From positions 1 through 63,813 of IMG/VR virus record IMGVR_UViG_3300044630_005032: a DNA stretch of 63,813 bases; one strand, given 5' to 3'. The notes beneath the pieces were generated by a model that saw nothing but the letters and a program-made list of their open reading frames with translations, was not told where the DNA came from and ran no database searches. The DNA comes from a virus (Duplodnaviria; Caudoviricetes). The translations under genes and the position numbers were made by a program. Positions 9,392-17,296 of the stretch are shown here, in pieces. How positions within the stretch are numbered: the stretch's first letter is position 1; each line of letters begins with the position of its first letter.

Positions 9392-9620
9392 CCCCACCGC
9401 CGCCGACCGCCAACGCCGCTGGCGAGAGCGGCAGCAGGATGGCACCCCCTGGCAGTCGCCCGTCTGCGCCGCCTGCGGCCGCAACACAAGCGGCGGGAAC
9501 ACCAGCACGCCAACCTACGGGGAGCTGTGCCGTAGGTGTTGGGAGAAGCTCACCCCCGAAGGCAGGGCTGCCAAAGCGAAGCGGGTGCGGCAGACCAGAG
9601 CTCGGCAGCGGGCCGTGTGA
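9384..9620 (+). CDS. Small Zn-finger protein
   Basis: CAAC...CRRC; basic termini. Confidence 0.55.
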   Translation: MPDPTAADRQRRWRERQQDGTPWQSPVCAACGRNTSGGNTSTPTYGELCRRCWEKLTPEGRAAKAKRVRQTRARQRAV

Positions 9621-9720
9621 CGGGTTGTGAACAGGCCTCCCGCTGGCTCGTGTGCTGTAACGCTAAGCGCTACAATATGGAGACCGGGGGCAAGAGCCCC
9701 ACCACCCACCACCAGCCATG
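9615..9720 (+). promoter_or_regulatory. Repeated early promoter/leader cassette, copy 2
   Basis: As 8553-8659, with -10 TACAAT. Confidence 0.65.
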
Positions 9721-9879
9721 ACCGCAACCCAGCGCAAGCAAGCCCTCCGCCACGACATCATGAACGCCATCAAGGCCAACAATTTAGAAGTCACCGGAGA
9801 TTTTTGGCTCATGCTGATTTTCCGCACTGAAGCCGAACTTAAAGAGATCGCTCGGGGCTTCCACATCAAAACCGCCTGA
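9718..9879 (+). CDS. Small hypothetical protein (53 aa, MTATQRKQAL...), not in the ORF track
   Basis: Hand-translated; lies between the promoter cassette and the boundary repeat. Confidence 0.6.
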   Translation: MTATQRKQALRHDIMNAIKANNLEVTGDFWLMLIFRTEAELKEIARGFHIKTA

Positions 9880-9938
9880 CCCCCCACGGCCCGCCGGGGC
9901 CTGCCCGGCACACCACACCACCCCACCGCCTCCGACCA

Positions 9939-10223
9939 ATGCCCGCCACCATCGATCAGCACCTTGCCCACGCCCTGCCCACCATCCACCTGAACGGCAC
10001 CGGGGCCAAGTCCCTAGCCGATGAGTACCACGCCGTCTACCGGGCCATCGGCAGGGCCAGTGATGCCCTCCAGGCCGCCACCTGCAACGCCCGCGACTTC
10101 TACCCCCAGGGTGATGCCGCTTGGCAGCAGGCCAGAGACGAGCGGGCTGAGATGTTCCGCAAGCTGGCCGAGGTGCAGGCTTACGCCGAGGCGTGGATGG
10201 AGCGGGCCAGCGATCACCTCTGA
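9939..10223 (+). CDS. Hypothetical protein
   Basis: PTIHLNGT...NARDFYPQ, a motif pair familiar from small phage proteins. Confidence 0.65.
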   Translation: MPATIDQHLAHALPTIHLNGTGAKSLADEYHAVYRAIGRASDALQAATCNARDFYPQGDAAWQQARDERAEMFRKLAEVQAYAEAWMERASDHL

Positions 10224-10249
10224 CCCCCAGTCACCGTTGAGCCGCTCAT

Positions 10250-10273
10250 AAAAAAGGGGCCAACCACGGCCCC
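10250..10273 (-). terminator. Intrinsic terminator closing the RAMP-like/array unit
   Basis: Minus strand GGGGCC-GTGGTT-GGCCCC-TTTTTT. Confidence 0.75.
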
Positions 10274-10292
10274 CTCGATCTCTGCACCAGTC

Positions 10293-10850
10293 TCACCGGG
10301 CCTTTTGCAATTCGCGCTCCCATGTGCTGCTGACCTGACAGTTGGTGAGCGCTTCGTGGGCTTCATCGAGCATCCCGAACGCCACTCCCAGCACAGCCAT
10401 CGACTTCCGATCGCCCATCCGCTGGGTGCGTAGTTTCAGCTCCTCGACCTTGCGGCGGGCCTCCACCACCAGGCCCACGGCCTCCAGTACCTCCTTAGCC
10501 ATCGGGTCGTAGCGCTCGACCACCGGGGCAGCCGCCTGGGTGACAGGTCGCACCGATGCCACGCGGGGCTCTTGCGGAGCAGCAGGCACCACCCGCACCA
10601 CCTTGATCAGCGTGCTGGCCTGATGCTTGCGCCACTGTTCAGCGGCCACCGGATCGCGCCACTCAAACGCCGGATGCAGCGGTGCCTCCTCCGGTCTGGC
10701 CTCGTCAACCACCGCAGCAGGGCAGATGGTGCCATCACGCCGCCGGATGCGGTCTAGCTCGCTGCCAGCGGTCTGTGCATCGACGCCCATCGCTTCCTCG
10801 CCATCTTCGATTCGGAAGGTGTACTCGGGTTCAGCCTTGATGAAATCCAT
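10293..10850 (-). CDS. Partner protein downstream of the GGY-NN array (185 aa)
   Basis: AAVVDEARPEEAPLHPAFEWRDPVAAEQWRKHQASTLI motif; C-terminal coiled coil; ATG at 10850 after a hairpin. Confidence 0.75.
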   Translation of the reverse strand: MDFIKAEPEYTFRIEDGEEAMGVDAQTAGSELDRIRRRDGTICPAAVVDEARPEEAPLHPAFEWRDPVAAEQWRKHQASTLIKVVRVVPAAPQEPRVASVRPVTQAAAPVVERYDPMAKEVLEAVGLVVEARRKVEELKLRTQRMGDRKSMAVLGVAFGMLDEAHEALTNCQVSSTWERELQKAR

Positions 10851-10899
10851 TTGTTCAGGGAATAGGGAATGAGGGGGCCCATTCGGACCCCCATTCTGC

Positions 10900-11735
10900 T
10901 GCCATTTGGCAACCGCAACACGCCAGTTGAGCCGCATCGTGCCGTGTCTTGCGCCAACAAGCCAGGCCAGCAGCGCCACGCCCGGTCGATCGTCGATCGT
11001 TCCTTGCCTTGCCTGCTATGCCCTTCCATGCCGCGCTTTGCCGAGCCGCGCCGAGCCTGCGACGACGTACACCGCCAGACCTTCCTAGCCAGTCCTGCCG
11101 TGCCTCACCAGACGTTCCGCGCCAGATCTCGCCTTGCCTGCCACGCCTGTCCAGGCCACGCCTTTCCTTGCCTGCCGATCCCTGCCTTCCTGGCCATGCC
11201 TGCCGTCCGATGCCGTGCCTCGATCGCTCCTGGCCTCGTCACTCCGTGCCTGCCAACCCCGCCGTTCAACGCCACGTCGTACCACGCCTGCCGAACCGAG
11301 CCTGTCCTTCAGCACCCTGCCACACCAGACCCAGCCATGCCCTTGTTGCTTCGCCTGCCATGCCCCGCGAGAGGTGCCCACCAGACCTTGCCCGCCGTGC
11401 CTTGCCCTAGCCCGACCACGCCTAGCCAGCCGTGCCTGACCTTCCACGCTTGGCCACACCTTGCCTGCCAGAACTGGCCTGGCCAGGCCGTGCCTACGAA
11501 GCCATGCCTGCCATGCCTGTCCAGTCCAGTCCTCGACAAGCCCCTCGAAGCCATGCCTGCCACGCCCTCCCGGCTTGGCCGTTCCGACCTGTCCGGGCCA
11601 TGCCTGCCGCGTCAACCCTTGCGAGCCCCGGCCACGCCTTCCGCACCATGCCTGCCGTGCCAATCCCGACCAACCCTGTCATGCCAGGCCTGCCAACCCT
11701 TGCCACTCCGCTCGTTGCCTAGCCAGCCGTGCCAA
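10900..11735 (-). repeat. Non-coding GGY-NN pentamer array punctuated by GGCAGGC (~19 units of 28-50 nt); candidate guide-RNA array (VIPR-like)
   Basis: 12 exact GCCTGCC on the plus strand (11136, 11170, 11198, 11248, 11286, 11353, 11463, 11506, 11555, 11602, 11650, 11688) plus 1-mismatch variants (11011, 11055, 11093, 11315, 11390, 11425, 11722); 5-nt periodicity between them. Confidence 0.85.
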
Positions 11736-11736
11736 T

Positions 11737-11889
11737 TCATGTCAGCCGAGGGGCTGCCAAAAAAGCCGCCACCACCAACACAGCCGCTGTGAACCACCCG
11801 GTAGGGTTGAACCACAGGAAGCACACAAACCACGCTGCCACAAGCAGCAGCAGTGCCATGGCGGCACGGTTGGCGGTGGGGTCATCCAT
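11737..11889 (-). CDS. Small hydrophobic protein (50 aa, probably 2 TM), not in the ORF track
   Basis: MDDPTANRAAMALLLLVAAWFVCFLWFNPTGWFTAAVLVVAAFLAAPRLT; GGAAAGCT motif 5 nt upstream. Confidence 0.55.
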   Translation of the reverse strand: MDDPTANRAAMALLLLVAAWFVCFLWFNPTGWFTAAVLVVAAFLAAPRLT

Positions 11890-11924
11890 ACTAGAGCTTT
11901 CCAGCTATACCGAAAAACAGCTAT

Positions 11925-12578
11925 TTAGATAATTTCAAAGAGACCGAAGCCTAAGCCCGCCGATGCTTTGCTATCGGGCCGCCCCTCGCCAATGCCCACC
12001 TGGAGCCCCACCCGGCTGATCAGGTTCACCACGTCGCTGGAGCTGAACATCCCCGCGTCGTAACGAATCCGCAGGATGGCAGCCCACTCCCGATACATCG
12101 GACGGCAGCGCAGATCGACCACACCTGTAGCGTTCCGGGTTTGTGTTACCCACTGCTCAGCCTTCCCTTCGGACAGCCGCACCAGCGGGGCACCATCGAC
12201 CCGATCGAAGCCATCGGCCAGCACGCTGAATGCCAACTTTGCGAAGGTCATTTTGTACCCCACGGTTCGGCAAGCACTGATGGCGCCATTGCGGAATGCA
12301 GCGGCATGGATGCCCTCCCAACCCTCCTCTGAAATGTGCTTGGCGTCCTCAAATAGGGCATCAAAGTTCTTCGGTTCGCGCACTTTCTTGGCCTTAGCGG
12401 TGCTGCCTGCCTCCTGCGTGGCCCGCATCATCTGAAGCGCTTTGGCTGAGAAGCGGTTGACGACTAGGGGGCTGGTGCCTCTGATGTTGATCTCTAGGGA
12501 TTGGAAATTTGGCGCTTTGATGACGATGGCCTCTTCAGGGGCCTGGGCTTGGGTTTTGGCCTTGGTGCTGGTCGCCAT
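11925..12578 (-). CDS. Stand-alone RAMP/Cas7-like protein (Vipr-like), 217 aa
   Basis: N-terminal strand INIRGTSPLVVN, helix GIHAAAFRNGAISA, C-terminal glycine-rich loop GLQVGIGEGRP...GLGFGLFEI; upstream of the repeat array; no other cas genes. Confidence 0.72.
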   Translation of the reverse strand: MATSTKAKTQAQAPEEAIVIKAPNFQSLEINIRGTSPLVVNRFSAKALQMMRATQEAGSTAKAKKVREPKNFDALFEDAKHISEEGWEGIHAAAFRNGAISACRTVGYKMTFAKLAFSVLADGFDRVDGAPLVRLSEGKAEQWVTQTRNATGVVDLRCRPMYREWAAILRIRYDAGMFSSSDVVNLISRVGLQVGIGEGRPDSKASAGLGFGLFEII

Positions 12579-12670
12579 GGTGGTGTTTCGTGATGAATTG
12601 CCGCTGGCCTAAGCCGTTGCGGTTTCAAAATGCTATCGTACGTAGGTCGTTCCGAAACGATCACCACCAC

Positions 12671-13810
12671 ATGACCGCCACCACCGCCAAGGCCAAGGCC
12701 AAAACCGCCAAAGCCACCACCGCAGCATCCCCAGCCGTTACCGCAGAGGTGCTGCCCACCGAGGCCCCCGCCGCTGCGGAGGCCACTGCCGCCCCCCAAG
12801 CCGCCATTGTTCCAGCCGCCGAAGCGCAGGCGATCAGCCGATGGGAAGCCATCGCCTGCGACATCGCCATTGCCGGGGAGAAAGCTCCCACCCAGCAATT
12901 CGACTACGACGACAAGTGGGACAACAAGCGGGCCCGCTCCTGGGTCCATGAGCTGCGTCAGCTCAAGGGCAAGATTGAAAGAGCCCGAAAGGACGCCAAG
13001 GCGGTTCACCTGCAGCGCGGCAAGTCGTGTGACGAAACCGCCAAGACGCTGGAAGCAGCCGTTCAGGGCCTGATCGAGCCGCATGAAACGGCCATCAAGG
13101 CGATTGAGGCTCGGGAAGAGGCCCGCATCGAAGCGCACCGGGCCGTCCTGGATCGCATTGCTGCGCTCACCGAAGGGGTTGAAACCGCCCTTGACGCTTC
13201 CGCCCGCTTGGCAGAGCTGGGCACGATCGACCCCACCACGCTGGAGGAGTTCAGCGAGGCTGGCGCCAACCGCTGCGCCGAGGCCCTGGAGCGGCTGCAG
13301 ATCCTGCACGACACCCTGGCTGCCCAGGAAGCGGAGCGCATTGAGCTGGAGGCTCTACGTGCCGAGAAGGCGGCCCGCGAGGAGGCCGACCGCATCGCGC
13401 AGCTTCAACGAGAGGCAGTGGAGGCCGATCGCCTGGAGCGTGAAGCTGAAACCGAGCGCCAGCGCCTTGCCGCTGAGGAGCAGGCACACAAGGAACGGGA
13501 AGCAATCGCCGCCCGCGAAGCTCAGGCCCTGGCTCGGGTGGAGGCGGCTCGCCTTGCGCAGGAGGAGGCGGAGCGCCGGGCTGAGGAGGCGGTTGCACGG
13601 GAGGAGGCCCGCGTTAAGGAGAAAGCCGAGATGTTAGCGGCCATGCGGGAGGCGGCTGCCAGGGCTGCGGCGGCACAGCAGCAGTTCCGGGATGCGTTCG
13701 TGGCTGCCCTTACCGCGACCCTCACCACCATGGACCCCGGCGCCGCCGCCCGCGCCATTGTCGAGGGGACGCTGCACCCGGCGGTTCGGGTTGATTGGTC
13801 TGAGGTTTGA
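12671..13810 (+). CDS. Coiled-coil hypothetical protein
   Basis: Long E/A/R-rich helical ORF; LKGKIERARKDAK segment. Confidence 0.7.
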   Translation: MTATTAKAKAKTAKATTAASPAVTAEVLPTEAPAAAEATAAPQAAIVPAAEAQAISRWEAIACDIAIAGEKAPTQQFDYDDKWDNKRARSWVHELRQLKGKIERARKDAKAVHLQRGKSCDETAKTLEAAVQGLIEPHETAIKAIEAREEARIEAHRAVLDRIAALTEGVETALDASARLAELGTIDPTTLEEFSEAGANRCAEALERLQILHDTLAAQEAERIELEALRAEKAAREEADRIAQLQREAVEADRLEREAETERQRLAAEEQAHKEREAIAAREAQALARVEAARLAQEEAERRAEEAVAREEARVKEKAEMLAAMREAAARAAAAQQQFRDAFVAALTATLTTMDPGAAARAIVEGTLHPAVRVDWSEV

Positions 13811-13813
13811 GTA

Positions 13814-15289
13814 ATGAGTTTATTTTCTACTGATTTCTACCCCACCCCGCCCGAAGTAGCGGCCACCATGCTCGATTGCCTCGACCTACGGGGCAGGACG
13901 ATCCTGGAGCCCAGCGCCGGTAGTGGGAACCTGGTGCGCGAGTGCCTGAACCGTAGCGCTGCAGAGGTGATTTGGTGCGAAGTGGAGCCCAAGCTGCACG
14001 GCATCCTGACCAGCATCTGGAACGCCACGCCAGCCCACAGCTACGCCGACTTCCTGCAGGTGCATCCGGCCGACGTGTCGCACATCGACATGATCGTGAT
14101 GAACCCGCCCTTCTCGGCGGACGAGGCCCACATCCTGCACGCCTGGGAGATCGCTCCGCCCGGCTGCGAGATCGTGGCACTGTGCAACTGGAACACGATC
14201 GATGAGTACGTGCATTGCCTTACCCAGCGCGGCCCCAAAGGTCTGCAGAAACAGCTAGCCCACTTGATCAACGCCTACGGCAGCAAAGAAGACCTAGGCG
14301 AATGCTTTGCCACTGCCGAGCGGCCTACACGGGTCAATGTCGGCATGGTGCGCCTCCGCAAGCCGGGGCAACGTGTAAGCGCCGCTGATGAGTTCGATGG
14401 GTTCTTCCTCGGGCCCGACGACATCGAGGCCCAGGGCGAAGGGCTCATCCCCTACCGGCGCAGCCGCGACATCGTGAACCGCTACGTGGAGGCCTGCCGC
14501 ATCTACGACGAGCAGGTGGAGGCCGGGGTGCGCCTGCGCAGCGTGCTCGACGGGTTCTTTGGTGGGGAGCTTGGCCTGCAAGTCACGGTCGAGGGGGCCC
14601 CGGTTACCCGCAACCGGTTCCGCAAAAATCTTCAGAAAGCGGCATGGAAACACGTGTTCGGCGAGTTTCTGCCCGCGCAGATGGCCACCAGCAACCTGCA
14701 AAAGGACATCAACGCCTTTGTGGAGGAGCAATCCAAGATCCCGTTCACCGAGCGGAATATTTACCGGATGCTCCAGATCGTGGCCGGCACACAGGAGCAG
14801 CGGGTAGACCGTGCGGTTGAGGAGGCGATCGACAGCCTGACCAAGCACACAAAGGAGAACCGCTGGGGTGTGGAGGGCTGGGTTACCAACTCGGGCTACA
14901 TGCTGAACCGCCGCTTCATCCGCAGCTACATGGCTGAACCAAGCTGGAGCGGCGGTTTTGTCACAGTCGACTGCAGCCAGAGCGATGAGATCCGCGACCT
15001 GATCAAGGCACTGTGCTTCCTCACTGGCCGGTCGTTTGAAGAGGTGGGCGAGCCCCGTAACCCAGGAGTTGAAGGTGGCCGCTACTGCCCCGGCGAGTGG
15101 TACGAGTGGGGATTCTTCCGGTTCCGCGCCTACAAAAAGGGCACGGTGCATTTTGAGTTCCTGGACGAGGAGGTGTGGGCTGCCGTCAATGCCCGCTATG
15201 CACGGATCAAGGGGCAGGTGCTGCCGGAAGCCTTTAGGCGAAAGGCTGCCCGCAGGCCCAGGCGTGAACCGGCGGGGGTAGCGGCATGA
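13814..15289 (+). CDS. SAM-dependent DNA amino (N6A/N4C) methyltransferase, DUF4942-like C-terminus
   Basis: DFYPTP, LEPSAGSG, MNPPF; C-terminal FFRFRAYKKGTVHFEF. Confidence 0.85.
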   Translation: MSLFSTDFYPTPPEVAATMLDCLDLRGRTILEPSAGSGNLVRECLNRSAAEVIWCEVEPKLHGILTSIWNATPAHSYADFLQVHPADVSHIDMIVMNPPFSADEAHILHAWEIAPPGCEIVALCNWNTIDEYVHCLTQRGPKGLQKQLAHLINAYGSKEDLGECFATAERPTRVNVGMVRLRKPGQRVSAADEFDGFFLGPDDIEAQGEGLIPYRRSRDIVNRYVEACRIYDEQVEAGVRLRSVLDGFFGGELGLQVTVEGAPVTRNRFRKNLQKAAWKHVFGEFLPAQMATSNLQKDINAFVEEQSKIPFTERNIYRMLQIVAGTQEQRVDRAVEEAIDSLTKHTKENRWGVEGWVTNSGYMLNRRFIRSYMAEPSWSGGFVTVDCSQSDEIRDLIKALCFLTGRSFEEVGEPRNPGVEGGRYCPGEWYEWGFFRFRAYKKGTVHFEFLDEEVWAAVNARYARIKGQVLPEAFRRKAARRPRREPAGVAA

Positions 15290-15630
15290 TCAGCTGTCCC
15301 GATTGCAGCGCTTTGGGCCATGAGGTCCTTCCCCGTCTTGAACTGATTGAAGCCAGGGTGGAGGCATTGGTTGCCGCCAAGGTGCGGGAAAGCACCCAGC
15401 CAGCCGAAGGGCCTGCCGTGGCATCGGTGCCGATCGAGCGGTTAGACCTCCGCACCCTGCGCGCCTACAACACCCTCAAGCGGGCAGGAGTGAGCACGGT
15501 GGATCACCTGCTGAACCTGACCCCTGCGGATCTGCTGCGGATCAAGCGGTTTGGTGTGACCTCGCTGGCTGATGTGGTGGAGGCCCTGGAGCGGCTGGGG
15601 CTGGAGCTTCCACGGGAGGCCAGCGCATGA
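15286..15630 (+). CDS. Stand-alone RNA polymerase alpha C-terminal-domain-like protein
   Basis: PIERLDLRTLRAYNTLKRAGVSTVDHLL...DLLRIKRFGVTSLADVVEAL matches the alpha-CTD pattern. Confidence 0.85.
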   Translation: MISCPDCSALGHEVLPRLELIEARVEALVAAKVRESTQPAEGPAVASVPIERLDLRTLRAYNTLKRAGVSTVDHLLNLTPADLLRIKRFGVTSLADVVEALERLGLELPREASA

Positions 15631-15690
15631 GCGAGTGAAACAAAGACCACTGCCCCGTAGTTTAAACCCATTCCCTTAACCAATCCAGCC

Positions 15691-15990
15691 ATGCCACTCC
15701 CCGAAAACGCTTTTGAGGCCCAGTATCAAGTTGAAGATGGATACGTTACTGGCCGAAGGCTGCAAACGTTTGAAATCTACGCCGAAGACCTAGAAGATGA
15801 TGCAAGTGATGACGCTCTTAGAGAGTTTTACGACAAAGCGATAGGTGAGGATTTTCGAGAAAGCGGGAAAATCTATCCGTCGTCAAGGAAGGGAGACGAA
15901 TTTGTTGAGTGGGCAAAAGCTCAGATTGCTGAGCGCAAAGCAGTAGAGCTTGACGAGGCCAGGGAGTTCGGCCTGACAGGCCCGGAGTGA
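15691..15990 (+). CDS. Acidic hypothetical protein
   Basis: AT-richer ORF in the operon direction. Confidence 0.6.
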   Translation: MPLPENAFEAQYQVEDGYVTGRRLQTFEIYAEDLEDDASDDALREFYDKAIGEDFRESGKIYPSSRKGDEFVEWAKAQIAERKAVELDEAREFGLTGPE

Positions 15991-15996
15991 TGCTGC

Positions 15997-16100
15997 ACCG
16001 GTAGCCTGACGCTGCCGGGTCGGTCCTATCCGTAAGGACGGACACCGGTGGAAGGTGCTTTCGGTCGCCTTCCTGAAACCGGATCCAACGGCCCGGTGGG
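15997..16100 (+). ncRNA. Candidate structured intergenic RNA
   Basis: Stems CACCGGT/ACCGGTG, GTCC/GGAC, GGAAGGTG/CGCCTTCC, ACCGG/CCGGT. Confidence 0.35.
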
Positions 16101-16101
16101 C

Positions 16102-16128
16102 AGGGGCTGACTTGGGTCAGCCCTTTCT
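16102..16128 (+). terminator. Intrinsic terminator
   Basis: GGGCTGAC-TTGG-GTCAGCCC-TTTCT. Confidence 0.6.
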
Positions 16129-16188
16129 CATGCGCTATGGTTGTGATGTTCGGCGGGGACGCCGGACAAACCGAAGTCCGTATTCACC

Positions 16189-16377
16189 ATGAAAACCCTG
16201 GCTATGCCCGCCTTCCCAGGCGGGTCACCTTTCGCGTCCGCTGTTGACTGCGCCCTTTGGGAGCTGGGCTACCCCAACGACTTTGAGACTGAGGCCGAGG
16301 CCCGCGCCGCCGTTGCAGAGCTGCGCAGCACCTCACCCGAGTTTGCTGCCCTCACCTTCAACTTTGTGGAGGCCTGA
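16189..16377 (+). CDS. Hypothetical protein
   Basis: Small ORF with FETEAEARAA. Confidence 0.55.
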   Translation: MKTLAMPAFPGGSPFASAVDCALWELGYPNDFETEAEARAAVAELRSTSPEFAALTFNFVEA

Positions 16378-16380
16378 GCC

Positions 16381-16656
16381 ATGCGCACAACCTGCGAATG
16401 CTGCGGCGAACCCCTCGCCCTGCCCCCTGCCCGCACCCTGATGCCTGGGGAACCCCGCTACCGCCCCTCTGACCTAGCGCCAGAGCTGGCCGCCACCGCC
16501 CATGAGACCCTTGACCGGGTCGAGGCTGATCTGTCCCTGTTGGCCGGTTGTGAGCTGCCCCCGGCCCTTCTGGAGCTGGCCCAGAAGATCAACGGCACTG
16601 CCGCCCAACTAGCCCAGTTGGCGGAGCGGTTCATTACAGAAGCCGCCGTCGCGTGA
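16381..16656 (+). CDS. Hypothetical protein
   Basis: N-terminal CECCG; follows the previous stop by 3 nt. Confidence 0.55.
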   Translation: MRTTCECCGEPLALPPARTLMPGEPRYRPSDLAPELAATAHETLDRVEADLSLLAGCELPPALLELAQKINGTAAQLAQLAERFITEAAVA

Positions 16657-16963
16657 TTGGGTCTGCCAGCCTCCGATACGAGGTGGCCCTCACCGCCTGA
16701 TCCCTGGCCCTGGCAACCGCCGGGGCTTTTGCTTTGGCGCCCATTGTTACGGTTTCTGAAACGCAACGACGACAGGGCTTTACGAAAGCGCGATTTACGG
16801 CTTATGATTTGTGGACCGGGGCAAAGACCCGGCACCACCACCAACCGACCACTCGCCAGTCATGCCCTAATTCACGGCCCGCTAGGGCCCATGCGGTAAA
16901 CCAAACCAAGGCGCCTTGACCGATAGCGAGTTACGGCGTCACCTCACACTTTTTTACCCTCCA

Positions 16964-17296
16964 ATGTCTACTCCCGATTCCCAAGTCCTTGAGATCAACG
17001 GCGTCAGGTACGTGCCTGAAACCGCCGCCGGCCCCGCTGCGCTACCTGCAGGCGATAGGGCTGTGTTTGTAGTTGATCGCGGCTTCATTTATGCCGGCGA
17101 TTGGAGTTTGACTGATGGAGAGTACACACTGGCTAATGCGGTTAATTTGCGCCGCTATGAATCTATCGGGTTTGAGGGTGTGCTAGCAGACCCAAAGTCA
17201 GACAAGGCCACAATCGTAGCCATGCCTTATCCTGTAATTGTGCCAGCTGGGTCTGTGCTGTTTAGGGTCCCCGTTCCTCAAGGGTGGGGACTGTGA
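16964..17296 (+). CDS. Small beta-rich hypothetical protein coupled to the G-X repeat ORF
   Basis: RAVFVVDRGFIYAG...LANAVNLRRY; GTGA overlap with the next ORF. Confidence 0.7.
   Translation: MSTPDSQVLEINGVRYVPETAAGPAALPAGDRAVFVVDRGFIYAGDWSLTDGEYTLANAVNLRRYESIGFEGVLADPKSDKATIVAMPYPVIVPAGSVLFRVPVPQGWGL

Noticed and set aside
10900-11735. Canonical CRISPR array
   Set aside because: The constant element is only 7 nt, the intervening sequence is itself periodic, and there is no cas1/cas2
10869-11932. Long ORFs over the array (10869-11792, 10949-11410, 11085-11663 and others)
   Set aside because: Pro/Cys/Ala- or Gly/Arg-rich translations of a stop-poor period-5 repeat that is open in several frames at once; no credible protein features
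12494-13637. Antisense and alternative ORFs over the coiled-coil gene, and similar shadows genome-wide
   Set aside because: Expected in high-GC DNA; they overlap better-supported genes and lack motifs
16005-16100. Hammerhead ribozyme (CTGACG...GAAA)
   Set aside because: Core reads CUGACGC rather than CUGANGA, the cleavage-site base would be G, and stem I does not pair
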